64,000 nucleotides of DNA from Patescibacteria group bacterium (GTDB lineage: Bacteria; Patescibacteriota; Microgenomatia; UBA10105; UBA927): contig DPYI01000025.1 in the NCBI GenBank assembly GCA_003545435.1, positions 19,701-83,700 of the forward strand, written 5' to 3'. Positions 10,046 to 20,234 of the stretch are shown here, one piece after another (within the stretch, counting starts at the first letter, position 1; each line of letters starts with the position of its first letter). The notes below the pieces were generated by a model that was not told the origin of the DNA, did not search any database, and was given only the letters and a program-made list of their open reading frames with translations. Position numbers and translations under genes: made by a program.

Positions 10046-10912
10046 CTATAATTCATCTTTTTGTATGGTATTTTTCTGTTTCTTGTACCATGCATGCAAT
10101 CGAAGCAGTGATTGATAAAAAGGCGTAAAAGTTATCTGTGGCATTTCATTTTTCAATCTCGTGATATCGCACGTATATTCATTTGCTAACTCCTTTTTCT
10201 TAACATAAATCATATGCTTTTCTTTCCCCAATCTCGTGATTGTTTTGGCAATCGTCATGAGATTAATCTTCTTTCCGGTTCCGATATTGTATGCTCTGTA
10301 TGCAGGCTTATTTTTAATAAAATGATCAATTATGGGTGCCAAATCCTGAACATCCATATAGTCAAAATAGACATCCTGCTTCATCGTGATTGGTAACCCA
10401 TGGATATATCTGCATAATGCATTTGAAATAAATCGGTGTTGATAATTTTCCCCCTCTCCAAAAATTCCAAAAATCCGAAGGTCTATCATGTTATCGGTTT
10501 GATGAATGTAGTTTGAACATATGTATTTATACAACCCGTATTCATCGTTGGGAATTTGCTTCCCAAAATCTTTTTCCTTGATGTTGACTATCGGATGCCT
10601 CTTGTCGTACACAGCGCCCGATCCGATATGAATCAACCGTTGATAATATTTTCTGCACCGAGCAAGATTAAAAAAAATACAGATATTATCATAAAACATA
10701 CCTTTAACAAATAAATGAGGTCCGTTGCTTCCAACTACGGCGCAATGAATGACGATATCGACTTTATTTATTAAAAAATAGGATTGCACCTTCTTTTCAT
10801 CAAGCAAATCTAATTGTCTGTGATTCGGAGTTAGTAATGTATATTTTTGAGAAAGGGCAGTTTTCAGATGTGTTCCAATAAATCCGGTGGAACCCGTAAT
10901 GAGTATGTTCAT
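10046..10912 (-). CDS. NAD-dependent epimerase/ketoreductase (extended SDR)
   Basis: MNILITGSTGFIG, GSGAVYD, YGLYK (YxxxK), RIFGIFG. Confidence 0.85.
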   Translation of the reverse strand: MNILITGSTGFIGTHLKTALSQKYTLLTPNHRQLDLLDEKKVQSYFLINKVDIVIHCAVVGSNGPHLFVKGMFYDNICIFFNLARCRKYYQRLIHIGSGAVYDKRHPIVNIKEKDFGKQIPNDEYGLYKYICSNYIHQTDNMIDLRIFGIFGEGENYQHRFISNALCRYIHGLPITMKQDVYFDYMDVQDLAPIIDHFIKNKPAYRAYNIGTGKKINLMTIAKTITRLGKEKHMIYVKKKELANEYTCDITRLKNEMPQITFTPFYQSLLRLHAWYKKQKNTIQKDEL

Positions 10913-11042
10913 AATCTTACAACCTGGCAAGTTTCTCCAGTCATCGTCCAGAAAAGCGTTTTTATTTTATCACAATCGATTTAGATTTTTTTCATATTCT
11001 ATCTCTAAGAGATATGCAACTGGCACATACTACCTTCTATTA

Positions 11043-11071
11043 TTGATTTATCCTTTGTGTTTAAGGATAAT
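11043..11071 (+). promoter_or_regulatory. putative sigma70 promoter TTGATT-N17-GATAAT overlapped by an 8-bp inverted repeat (TTATCCTT-N7-AAGGATAA)
   Basis: Lies in the divergent gap about 20 nt before ATG 11091. IR arms at 11048-11055 and 11063-11070. Confidence 0.35.
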
Positions 11072-11090
11072 ACCACTGTTACGTAATTTT

Positions 11091-12872
11091 ATGTATTCCC
11101 GCGTTGCTGACTACATTATTGATTACATATACCGGCATGGAACCGACACTATTTTTACCGTTGCCGGAGGCGGAGCAATGTTTCTGAACGATGCGGTAGC
11201 ACTGCATAAGAAAATCACATATATATGCAATCATCATGAACAGGCTTCCGCCATGGCAGCTGAAGCGTATGCAAAAACGAAGGGCCACATTGGCGCGGCT
11301 ATGATCACCTCAGGACCCGGAAGCACGAATGCCATTACCGGCCTTATGGAGGCCTACCAAAATTCAATTCCTGTTATTTTCATCTCCAGCCAAACAAAAA
11401 AATCTCAAATGATTGCGTATTCAGGGATTACTGGATTAAGACAGTTTGGGATTCAGGAAGTGGACATTATTCCGGTCGTCAAACATCTCACTAAGTACGC
11501 AGCTATTGTGGAAAAACCGGAAGACGTACAATACCATTTAGATAAAGCCTATTATGTAGCTCTTTCCGGTCGCCCTGGGCCGGTATGGCTGGATATTCCT
11601 TCTGACGTGGCTTCTTCCTCATTACCCCAACACCGTACCATGTTTACGATTCCGCAACAGATGCACAATGGTGTAACAGATGAACACATTAAAAAAATTA
11701 TTTCTTTGCTACGTAAATCAAAAAAACCTCTCATTATAGCCGGCGGCGGCATAAAACTGGCAAAAACAAGAAATGAATTCCGGGCGTTTATAAACAAATC
11801 AAAAATACCCGTCGTCTGTCCTGATATGGGTATTGATATTCTTGAATACGATAACCCATATTATGTCGGCCACGGAGGCACAAAAGGCGACCGCGCCGCC
11901 AATATCGTCATTCAACAGAGCGATCTTATCATATCTTTGGGGAGCCGCTTGGCAGTACCGTTTATCGGACACGAGTATGACACGTGGGCACCGAATGCCT
12001 ATAAAATTGTTGTGGACATAGACGAAAGCGAACATAAGAAAAAGACGATTACTATAGATTTATTTATACACAGCGATGTCAAACAGTTCCTAAAAAAATT
12101 AAACGCGTGTCTAAACAAATCTTCTATTAAAGACACATGGATACATTATTGTCAGAATATTAAGAAATCATATGCTTTAAAATATGCAACAGTCTCAACT
12201 GATAAAACACAAGAGATAAATATGTATGATGCAATTCACGAAATTTCCAACCAATCCAAACCGAATGATGTTTTTATTACCGATGCAGGAATTACAGCCT
12301 ATGTATCTACTCAGACAATAAAAATTAAAAAAGATCAAAGGCTGATTCTTCCGGGAGCCACTCTCACTATGGGATACAATCTGCCGGCAATAATTGGTGT
12401 TTGGGCAGCTGATCGCCATGCGCGGATAATCTGCATCACCGGAGATGGATCATTTCAGATGAATATCCACGAGTTGGCTGCTATTACGCACAATAAAATA
12501 CCTGTAAAGATATTTATTATGAACAATCACGGGTATCTGGCTATTCGGACGACCCAAAAAATTTTTTTTAATAAGCGTTTGATCGGTGAAGGACCAGAAA
12601 CCGGTGTCTCTTTCCCAAATACAGAAAAAATAGCCCAGGCGTATGGTTTGAAGTATTTCTGCATAGAATTCAAAAAGGACCTTCACAAAACTATTAAAAG
12701 GGTTTTAACCTGTAAAGGTGCAGTCATCTGTGATTGCATCCTGCCATATTGGCAGGACCACATTACCGTATCATCAAAAGAACTTGAAACCGGAAAAATT
12801 GTTTCTCTGCCGATAGATGATATGTATCCCTATCTATCCGATGAAGATAAATTGTCAATAAAATCTATTTAG
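11091..12872 (+). CDS. TPP-dependent acetolactate-synthase-like enzyme, probable YerE-type branched-chain sugar carboligase
   Basis: GGGAMFLND, HHEQA..AAEAY, TSGPGSTNA, GRPGPVWLDIP, GDGSFQMN...NNHGY. Sits in a CDP-sugar cluster; likely start is MYSRVADY at 11091. Confidence 0.8.
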   Translation: MYSRVADYIIDYIYRHGTDTIFTVAGGGAMFLNDAVALHKKITYICNHHEQASAMAAEAYAKTKGHIGAAMITSGPGSTNAITGLMEAYQNSIPVIFISSQTKKSQMIAYSGITGLRQFGIQEVDIIPVVKHLTKYAAIVEKPEDVQYHLDKAYYVALSGRPGPVWLDIPSDVASSSLPQHRTMFTIPQQMHNGVTDEHIKKIISLLRKSKKPLIIAGGGIKLAKTRNEFRAFINKSKIPVVCPDMGIDILEYDNPYYVGHGGTKGDRAANIVIQQSDLIISLGSRLAVPFIGHEYDTWAPNAYKIVVDIDESEHKKKTITIDLFIHSDVKQFLKKLNACLNKSSIKDTWIHYCQNIKKSYALKYATVSTDKTQEINMYDAIHEISNQSKPNDVFITDAGITAYVSTQTIKIKKDQRLILPGATLTMGYNLPAIIGVWAADRHARIICITGDGSFQMNIHELAAITHNKIPVKIFIMNNHGYLAIRTTQKIFFNKRLIGEGPETGVSFPNTEKIAQAYGLKYFCIEFKKDLHKTIKRVLTCKGAVICDCILPYWQDHITVSSKELETGKIVSLPIDDMYPYLSDEDKLSIKSI

Positions 12873-12887
12873 AATTCACGTACGTCA

Positions 12888-13847
12888 TTACCGGTACGAT
12901 TGAGTCTTTTTATACCACACATATGTTTGTTGCAAACCCCTTCTCAATGAATGCGTATTTTTCCATCCCAACGCCCTTATTTTGTTATCATTCAGGTGCT
13001 GATATGGAATTTCACTTTTTGCTGAATTGAGAATTGTGTAGTGTATGTGCTTCTTTAGAATTTTTTCAGTGTTTTTTATCAAATCTAGGACAGAAAAATT
13101 ATTGTCAGATGATATATTAAAAGCCTGACCTGCTGTTCTCTTCATATGCCGGATTAGAAATGCTGTAGCCAGAGCTATATCTTTAACATAAACATAATCC
13201 CGTATATATGTTCCATCGCTTCGAACCTCAAGTACGGAGTTTGTAATCAGCGCTTTACATATTCCGGGAATAATCCTATCAAAATGTATGTCTCCTTCTC
13301 CAAACACGTTGCCAAACCGCGTAACGATAACCGGTAATCCATATGTTTTTCCATACGTCTGGGCTATGAGATCCGTGCAGGATTTGGATACATCATATGG
13401 ATGATCACCTTTCAGGGGGGATTCTTCCGTATACGGTTTGGTTGTCTTTCCGTATGCTTTGTCAGAAGAAGCTACAAGAATACCTTGTATACCGGCTGTA
13501 CGCCTGCATGCCTCCAGCACATGCACAGTACCCATAATGTTTGTTTTAAAAACATCATAGGGATTATCATACGCTTCCTGGACTATCGGAAGAGCCGCCA
13601 GATGGATAACATACGTTGGACTAACTGACGCAAATACTGCTTCAACTTTTTCTCTTTTTGTTATATCTATAATTTGATAATTTGTTTTCTTGTCTAATGA
13701 TTTCAGAAAAAAATACGATTTGCAGGGGTTTTGAATATCTATGACGGTAACGTCATATTTTTTTCGTACTAGCAGTTCTACGAGATGAGCCCCGATGAAT
13801 CCTGCTCCGCCGGTAACCAGTACACGGAGGGGTTCTAATCGTTCCAT
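12888..13847 (-). CDS. rfbG: CDP-glucose 4,6-dehydratase-like SDR
   Basis: VLVTGGAGFIG, HLAALPIV, SSDKAY, YDVSK, RFGNVFGEGD. Directly downstream of rfbF. Confidence 0.72.
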   Translation of the reverse strand: MERLEPLRVLVTGGAGFIGAHLVELLVRKKYDVTVIDIQNPCKSYFFLKSLDKKTNYQIIDITKREKVEAVFASVSPTYVIHLAALPIVQEAYDNPYDVFKTNIMGTVHVLEACRRTAGIQGILVASSDKAYGKTTKPYTEESPLKGDHPYDVSKSCTDLIAQTYGKTYGLPVIVTRFGNVFGEGDIHFDRIIPGICKALITNSVLEVRSDGTYIRDYVYVKDIALATAFLIRHMKRTAGQAFNISSDNNFSVLDLIKNTEKILKKHIHYTILNSAKSEIPYQHLNDNKIRALGWKNTHSLRRGLQQTYVWYKKTQSYR

Positions 13848-14620
13848 ATTTTCCAGGGAGGAGACTGTTCTTTCCATAGAGAGTTTAACCGCTCCACGTC
13901 TGCATAGGTGTCCATAGAATGCCAAAATCCTCTATGGATATACAGAGACAATTCACGTTTTTTTATGAGACGTTTCAATGCCTGGTGTTCCATTTCCCCC
14001 TTTTTAAGGTAATCGAAAAAACTATATTGGAAAATCATGAATCCGCCATTCACCCAATCCCGAAGCACCGGTTTTTCTATAAATTCAGTAATGACATTCC
14101 ATCTATTGATATGAACTAATCCGTATTTGCTCCGGGGGTACACTCCCGTGATAGTACCTGTAGTTTTTTGTTTTTTATGAAATGAGACCAATTCCTTAAC
14201 ATCTATATCCCCCACACCGTCTCCGTAGGTAACCATAAAATCTTCATTGTTTGGAATATAATCCTTTATCCTTAGAATCCGTTCTCCGGGAAGAGTATCA
14301 AGTCCCGTGTCAACAAACGTAATTTTAAAATCATCAATGCGTTTCCCGTCGGTTGTATCTCTGTAAATTTTGGCATACCCTGTTTTTGTCGATAACGTAA
14401 AATCATGAATAAAATATTTCTGATTGAGGAAATAATCCTTTATATATTCACCCTTATATCCCAATGCAATGATAAAGTCATTACATCCGTAATGGGAATA
14501 GATTTTCATAATGTGCCAGAGGATCGGTTTGTTTCCAATAAAAACCATTGGTTTTGGCTTAAATTCTGTTTCCTCTTTCAGGCGATATCCTATTCCGCCG
14601 CACAGAATAACTGTTTTCAT
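13835..14620 (-). CDS. rfbF: glucose-1-phosphate cytidylyltransferase
   Basis: ILCGGIGYRLKEETEFKPKPM, WHIMKIY, VDTG, TYGDG, NGGF, GFWHSMDT. Confidence 0.93.
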   Translation of the reverse strand: MKTVILCGGIGYRLKEETEFKPKPMVFIGNKPILWHIMKIYSHYGCNDFIIALGYKGEYIKDYFLNQKYFIHDFTLSTKTGYAKIYRDTTDGKRIDDFKITFVDTGLDTLPGERILRIKDYIPNNEDFMVTYGDGVGDIDVKELVSFHKKQKTTGTITGVYPRSKYGLVHINRWNVITEFIEKPVLRDWVNGGFMIFQYSFFDYLKKGEMEHQALKRLIKKRELSLYIHRGFWHSMDTYADVERLNSLWKEQSPPWKIWND

Positions 14621-14635
14621 AATAATAATTTATTT

Positions 14636-14818
14636 ATAACCTGAATTACGAAATAAATAAAGCTATTTTTTGTCATTCCGGACTTGCCTCGCCCGGCAAA
14701 GCCTTGGCGAAGTCGGGATCCGGAATCCAGAGAACAATTGCCTAGATTCCTGCTTTCGGGAGGAATGACAAGGTAGAACAGCCAAAAAAGTCATTCTCTA
14801 TTTTGTAACTCAAGCTAT
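14636..14818. repeat. palindromic intergenic element 1 (core TTGTCATTCC...GGAATGACAA 14670-14771) inside imperfect outer inverted repeats
   Basis: 10-bp terminal IR of the core; inner arms GGAATCCAG/CTAGATTCC; outer arms TAACCTGAATTACGAAATA (14637-14655) vs revcomp of 14799-14817, 15/19 match. Confidence 0.75.
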
Positions 14819-14825
14819 TATAGCA
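14817..14825 (-). promoter_or_regulatory. extended -10 promoter TGCTATAAT upstream of rfbF
   Basis: Perfect TGnTATAAT on the minus strand in the intergenic gap. Confidence 0.55.
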
Positions 14826-14854
14826 AAATGGTGCATATTTTACGAAGGTACGTG

Positions 14855-16522
14855 CTACTTCATACAATTCCTAATTCTCAAAACAACATCGTTTGTTATA
14901 TCAATGACCTTATGATCCGTAGAATCATAGTAAAATCCACGAATCTGATCAGAGTTGAATTTATTATTACACGAGTCTTTTTTAAGCAAATCAAGTGAAT
15001 GATAATATCCAAATCCTTGACCTCCGTCTTCAAAATAGCCTTGCTCAAGCATTCCCCAAAATGACATATCATATATTAATTTTTTTGGAATTTTTCCTGT
15101 ATCGTAAAAGAGAACCATAAATGTGAAACCGGGCCCCTGCTGGAGAGGCAGTCTCATGCCGGATACGCCATAAAAGCTTTCTGCGCTTCCCGTTGCATAC
15201 AATACGGGTTTTTCGGGAAGATCCGGGTATATGACCCGGACAGACTGAAGCATATTCTTCCGCTCTTCTCCGATAATTTTCTGATGCCGTATATCGCGGA
15301 TAATATATACACTTTGTTTATAGAGATACCCAACAGTAAATAAGGAAATACAGACTATAACTAATAATCGTAAATTTTTATTTTTATGACTTAATTCAAC
15401 AATTGAGGCTATTAAGCCCGAGATTAATAATCCGCCGGCTGCTGCCGCGAAAGAAAAATATCGGGAATCGAGATATTCACCGTTTCGATTTACTAAAGAA
15501 AACGGAATAAACGACACTACAAGAAGCAGGAATGAAATCAGGATAGCAAAGCGGTATTTTTTCCCAAAAAATAAAACACTGCTCATTCCAATAAACAAAA
15601 GAAGCGTACACCAAAGACCGACAATGTCAGTCATCATCAACTCCTGCACCACATGAATATTTTCAATATGTATGAGGCGTTCATAGCGGGACGAAAAAAC
15701 AATAGTAGATATAAAACGCATAACAGGAAGAGGAATAAATGTTTCACTGAAAGATATAAGGGGATACAGAAACGCATTTATTAGTATCCCTATCATCGGA
15801 GTTCCGCTTGATTCTGTTACTGCAAGCTGACTTTTCCATCCATGTATAAATATATCTGCAATCCGTACAATGATAATGAAAACAATGAATATAAAAAGAC
15901 TTGTATATCGTATGAATTCATCTTTCAATCCACCCAGGTCCCGCTTAGGTGCAGTAAATATGGGAAGAAGAGGCATCCAGGCAATGCTTGATTCCTTAAA
16001 GTAGTATGAAATAACCGCGCAGACAATACACCATATTCTCTTCTTCTTCAAAGCAAGGACAATTGACAGAAGCATAAAAAAAAGCGAGGGAAGAGCGGTA
16101 AATGACGTTGCCAGCCATGATACCGACTGATGACTTGCATAGCACACAGCATAAGATAATCCAGCAACGGTTGCAAAGATATGGGGAATGCCAAGAAGTC
16201 GTGCTATTTTACGAACCAATAATCCATTTATACTATGAACAAAAAGTGCAAATACTGCCCAGGGCAGAACATTCGTGCCGAACATATGAAACAATGAATA
16301 CTTGAGAACAGTGGAAAACGGACGATTTAAACCAACCAGAAGCAGGTGCAACGGAAATACTGACAATTCGACCTCGATTCCTCCAATCTTCGCAAGTCCC
16401 AATGAAACCCATTCATCCTGCTGGTAAAACGTAAATGGGAGATCGCGAAATGCGAAGAGGGCAAAACCTATGATAAGAAGCATTTCAAATACAGATACTA
16501 TGGTATAAGGTTTTTTCCTCAT
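14855..16522 (-). CDS. multi-pass membrane protein, putative GT-C glycosyltransferase (DEW group)
   Basis: QQDEW in the first loop, RP, FKES, LDSRY. Paralogue of the neighbouring gene (PLQQGPGF / GFGYY C-terminal domain). Confidence 0.65.
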   Translation of the reverse strand: MRKKPYTIVSVFEMLLIIGFALFAFRDLPFTFYQQDEWVSLGLAKIGGIEVELSVFPLHLLLVGLNRPFSTVLKYSLFHMFGTNVLPWAVFALFVHSINGLLVRKIARLLGIPHIFATVAGLSYAVCYASHQSVSWLATSFTALPSLFFMLLSIVLALKKKRIWCIVCAVISYYFKESSIAWMPLLPIFTAPKRDLGGLKDEFIRYTSLFIFIVFIIIVRIADIFIHGWKSQLAVTESSGTPMIGILINAFLYPLISFSETFIPLPVMRFISTIVFSSRYERLIHIENIHVVQELMMTDIVGLWCTLLLFIGMSSVLFFGKKYRFAILISFLLLVVSFIPFSLVNRNGEYLDSRYFSFAAAAGGLLISGLIASIVELSHKNKNLRLLVIVCISLFTVGYLYKQSVYIIRDIRHQKIIGEERKNMLQSVRVIYPDLPEKPVLYATGSAESFYGVSGMRLPLQQGPGFTFMVLFYDTGKIPKKLIYDMSFWGMLEQGYFEDGGQGFGYYHSLDLLKKDSCNNKFNSDQIRGFYYDSTDHKVIDITNDVVLRIRNCMK

Positions 16523-16536
16523 ATATACATGCAGAG

Positions 16537-16683
16537 ATTAGAATCAATAACAAAACCTGATGGTTTGTCACGTCATTGCGAGCGAAACGAAGTAAAGCGA
16601 AGCAATCTTTAGAATTATAGAGATTGCTTCGTCGTTGCACTCCTCGCAATGACAATAAATGAGGTTTTGATACTAATTCTAAT
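16537..16683. repeat. palindromic intergenic element 2 (core GTCATTGCGAG...CTCGCAATGAC 16572-16653) inside 22-bp outer inverted repeats
   Basis: Inner arms CGAAGCAATCT/AGATTGCTTCG; outer ATTAGAATCAATAACAAAACCT vs revcomp of AGGTTTTGATACTAATTCTAAT, 19/22 match. Confidence 0.8.
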
Positions 16684-18376
16684 TAATACATCTCATGTCA
16701 ATTTCTTTCCTGATATCGCCTGTGATATCGATAAGTTTTCTTTCATTTCCGAAATAGTATAATCCGATAACCTGATCTGTCCGTAAAGCGCGATCTTTAT
16801 GAAAAAGATTACAAAGCGACTCCTTTTGCCAAAAATACCCAAATCCCTCTCCACCGATTTCCTTATACCCTTCTTCTAAAAACCGGCTTAAATATTTTTC
16901 ACGGATGAGTTGTCTGGGAATCTCATTCCTTTCTCTGAATGCCATCATGATCATAAATCCTGTCCCATATTGAAAGGGAACGACATTATTCTGGTAGAAA
17001 AAATTTCTATCCCCGGAAATATAGAAAATCGGTTTCTCAGAGAGCATCGGCACGATACGATTCATGTCTACAATCAGCTTCTGTATATCCATTGAATAAA
17101 GAACATTCTCATAGACATCCCTCTGAACAAAACTGATCTGTTTCCAGTAAAAAAACAATAATATAAATGCTACAATACATATCGACGGCATGACGCCAAA
17201 GAACCGCCGAAGAATAACAGAGACGTATTCCACACCCACCCCGAATATGAGTCCGAACCCGAAAATAGAATAATAGAGATACCGTGATTCTAAAAAGGAA
17301 GAATTCCTTTCAGGAAGATACATTGCCATCGGTAAGAATGATAAGACATACCAGAGAAGTCCGAATACTAAAAGTCTCCTCCTCTGTTTCATTTTTAAGT
17401 AAACGAGTAAAAACCCCCCAATAAGAATAAAAGAAAGAAGTGTTGATATCATATCGGACAGTATGGTCACGACGATGATATCCTTATTTGCCGCAACCCC
17501 CAGGAATTGATAGAGAAACACGCCAAAATGTTCACTTGTGCGAAAGAGGGTTCGGGGAGATATCATCATATGGGAAATGCTGATGAACGGGTACCAAACG
17601 CTGTTGAATATAATTCTGATAAGAATCTGTGTTGCTGTTGCCATTTCTGCAATGCTTTTAAACTGAAATAGGAGATACATGTTCCACGCAACAAAAAAAA
17701 TAAATAACGCAAAAATTCCTGCATATTTTCTAAAAAACCGTAAAATGTCTATTTTATTCTTGGAAAAAAAATACGGAGAAAACAAAAGGAGCGGCAAAAC
17801 GAAAATACAGCTGTTTTTGAAAAGAAACGCAATATAGAGAAATACAAAAGAAAGAAGGATGAGAACTTTCTTTCCGACGGCGAGAGTGGGCGGACGGATG
17901 ATAAATGCCAGATACACCATCGTGCTACTTAAAGTTGTCTGTACGACTGCACCAAACCATGAGATTGCCTGCTGACCGGAAGTTGGCACGGCAACTGACA
18001 AGATGCAAAGAAGTGACAAGAGAGAGTTTTTTGTCATTTTTTTGACTACAAAATAGGCAAGAATGATATTTATCGATCCGACAGCATAGCCAAATATCAC
18101 AAAAGGAGTCGCGTTTCCCGGAAAATAGTAGAAAAATACGTTATTTATCAGAGACCCGATAAACCGGAACCTTCCAGTAACCTGCAGGAGAATATTAGGA
18201 CTGATGCCGGCAAATAATCCATTTGCAAATACGCTTCCCATCTGTGTCCATTCGTCATTCAAAAAATATATGCGCGGCAAATCCTTAAATGCGATAGCGA
18301 ATGCAAAAAGAGATAGCGCAATTGAGGCGAATGGAATTATTTTTTGAAATTTTTTAGTTATCCGATTTTTTCTCAT
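16679..18376 (-). CDS. multi-pass membrane protein, putative GT-C glycosyltransferase (DEW group)
   Basis: LNDEW, FKNS, LESRY, PFQYGTGF, GFGYF. Tandem paralogue of 14855-16522. Confidence 0.65.
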   Translation of the reverse strand: MRKNRITKKFQKIIPFASIALSLFAFAIAFKDLPRIYFLNDEWTQMGSVFANGLFAGISPNILLQVTGRFRFIGSLINNVFFYYFPGNATPFVIFGYAVGSINIILAYFVVKKMTKNSLLSLLCILSVAVPTSGQQAISWFGAVVQTTLSSTMVYLAFIIRPPTLAVGKKVLILLSFVFLYIAFLFKNSCIFVLPLLLFSPYFFSKNKIDILRFFRKYAGIFALFIFFVAWNMYLLFQFKSIAEMATATQILIRIIFNSVWYPFISISHMMISPRTLFRTSEHFGVFLYQFLGVAANKDIIVVTILSDMISTLLSFILIGGFLLVYLKMKQRRRLLVFGLLWYVLSFLPMAMYLPERNSSFLESRYLYYSIFGFGLIFGVGVEYVSVILRRFFGVMPSICIVAFILLFFYWKQISFVQRDVYENVLYSMDIQKLIVDMNRIVPMLSEKPIFYISGDRNFFYQNNVVPFQYGTGFMIMMAFRERNEIPRQLIREKYLSRFLEEGYKEIGGEGFGYFWQKESLCNLFHKDRALRTDQVIGLYYFGNERKLIDITGDIRKEIDMRCIN

Positions 18377-19392
18377 AATTTCCTATCACGCACGAATGAA
18401 ACATAATACGAAATACGTGGGTATCTCATTATCTTTCTGAACAGCAATTCATCCGACATGCTCCTTATGTGTGCCTGTATGTAGCGTCTCATTTGTAGCG
18501 TTTTTTTACAATTTCGTATATTCCACAGTATCGCTTTTATAATAGACCAGCTAAACTGCAACCTTCCCCGAAGAAATGAATATAAAGCAAAACCAATACA
18601 TAAAAACACATGAATCGGCACTATCATAAGAAGCGCTTTGATCCCAAGATTCTTAAGGTAGGAACTGATCCGATTTTTAAATGAGTGGTACTGAATAAAT
18701 GCGCTGTTCATGGAGCTACTGGTTGCTCCCATTTTATGAAACACAACGGACGCGTGCACATAGATAATGCTGTATCCTGACAGCCAGATGCGGTGGCATA
18801 GATCTGTCTCCTCAAAATAGGCAAAATATGATGGGTCAAAAACATTTCCATCAACTAAAACAGCATCCAAAACCTGTTTCCTAAATAGCATGCATGCTCC
18901 TTTGGCTGTATAAAGGCAGATTCTTCTGTCAAATTTTTTTATATCTTTTTGTCCGAATCCGTAATGATATAAAAATCCCGTTGGTGTAAGAAATGCTCCG
19001 ATGCTGTCCAGCGTATCCGGTTTGTCCATAAGCAAAATTTTGCTTTGTGCTCCGCCAACTGATGCATCTTCTGCCATCTCTTTCACAAGCTCCGACAAAA
19101 ATGCTTCCGTAACTTTTACGTCATTATTCAAAAATAAGATATATTCCCCTTTTGTCTTTTGGTATCCGATGTTATTGGCATTGGAGAATCCCACGTTTTC
19201 ACTATTTTGAATGATGGTAGTCTTTGGATAGTGCTTTTTGACCCACTCGCATGATATATCATCGGAATTGTTGTCAACGAAAATAATTTCAAACTGCTTA
19301 TAGTCCTGTGTATGCAAAGACGTAAAACAGCCATGAAGCCATTTCATGCCATTCCAGTTTACGATAACAATGGAGACCAATCCCTTTTTCAT
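18373..19392 (-). CDS. GT2 glycosyltransferase (WbbL/rhamnosyltransferase-like)
   Basis: IVNWNG, VDNNS, NVGF..ANN, FLNND, FAYFEETDLC. Confidence 0.88.
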   Translation of the reverse strand: MKKGLVSIVIVNWNGMKWLHGCFTSLHTQDYKQFEIIFVDNNSDDISCEWVKKHYPKTTIIQNSENVGFSNANNIGYQKTKGEYILFLNNDVKVTEAFLSELVKEMAEDASVGGAQSKILLMDKPDTLDSIGAFLTPTGFLYHYGFGQKDIKKFDRRICLYTAKGACMLFRKQVLDAVLVDGNVFDPSYFAYFEETDLCHRIWLSGYSIIYVHASVVFHKMGATSSSMNSAFIQYHSFKNRISSYLKNLGIKALLMIVPIHVFLCIGFALYSFLRGRLQFSWSIIKAILWNIRNCKKTLQMRRYIQAHIRSMSDELLFRKIMRYPRISYYVSFVRDRKL

Positions 19393-20234
19393 GCAAATCT
19401 CCCCCTTATATATCCCAGAAAAAGCGCGGTGGTTTCCATGATTTTCATGACGAGCATACCTACTCCGATTGCTGGTTGTTTGAAGAGCCGATCTGAATCG
19501 GAAAAAAACAAGGATAAGCGGGAGAATAGATTTGCCTGCCGCAGGCTTATGAAACGGTTTTCTGTCTTCCGGCTATACGCATACATACGCTTACCATAGT
19601 AATATTTCTTTTTCAAAAGAGCCCATAAAGAAATGTTGTCTTCGTTATGGATGATATACGCAGATATTCTTCCTATCGCAGCATGTCCATATGATGCTTT
19701 CAGTTTTTGAGGGAGATCAAAATCTTCCGGGCCTGTAAGCGTCTCGTCATATCCGCCAAGACGGATAAATGCGCTTCTTTTATAGAACCGGGCTGCCTCA
19801 ATCCATTCCACTCCTTCATAATACGTCCTTTCTAATGCTTTGCACTTAGCTAAAAAATTCTTGCCTTTTGACTTCTCCGGGATAACCATTGCCTGGTAGG
19901 GAGCGGTTCCTTTTTGGGATTTTTGCATTGCTTCTACACACTCCTCTATGACTTTTGGTGTCAGTTCCATATCCGCATCAATAAAAACAAAATACGTTCC
20001 CGTTGCTTTTGAGACTCCGAAATTCCGTTGGGCAGACCGTTCCGGACCTTTATCATAGACTCGCGCACCCAGCTTTTTCGCAATTGCCTTTGTCGCGTCC
20101 GTTGAGGCATTATCTACGACAACTGTCTCTACATGAGCATATGTTTGCTTATGGACGCTGCGTATGCAAGCCCTGATATGGGACTCCTCATTCCTAGCAG
20201 GAATAATAACGGAAACCACGCATTTATCTCTCAT
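19389..20234 (-). CDS. GT2 glycosyltransferase
   Basis: IIPARNEE, VDNASTD, GPERSAQRNFG, IDADM, GGYDE..GPEDFD. Start could be 20234 or 20246. Confidence 0.88.
   Translation of the reverse strand: MRDKCVVSVIIPARNEESHIRACIRSVHKQTYAHVETVVVDNASTDATKAIAKKLGARVYDKGPERSAQRNFGVSKATGTYFVFIDADMELTPKVIEECVEAMQKSQKGTAPYQAMVIPEKSKGKNFLAKCKALERTYYEGVEWIEAARFYKRSAFIRLGGYDETLTGPEDFDLPQKLKASYGHAAIGRISAYIIHNEDNISLWALLKKKYYYGKRMYAYSRKTENRFISLRQANLFSRLSLFFSDSDRLFKQPAIGVGMLVMKIMETTALFLGYIRGRFA

Noticed and set aside
11091-12872. ilvB for branched-chain amino-acid synthesis
   Set aside because: No ilvN/ilvC/ilvD nearby. The context is CDP-sugar genes, and the GGGAMFLND start matches the sugar-cluster subgroup as I recall it.
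10913-12887. Recombinase-driven invertible cassette around the plus-strand genes
   Set aside because: No flanking inverted repeats found by eye and no recombinase in the window. Not excluded without read data.
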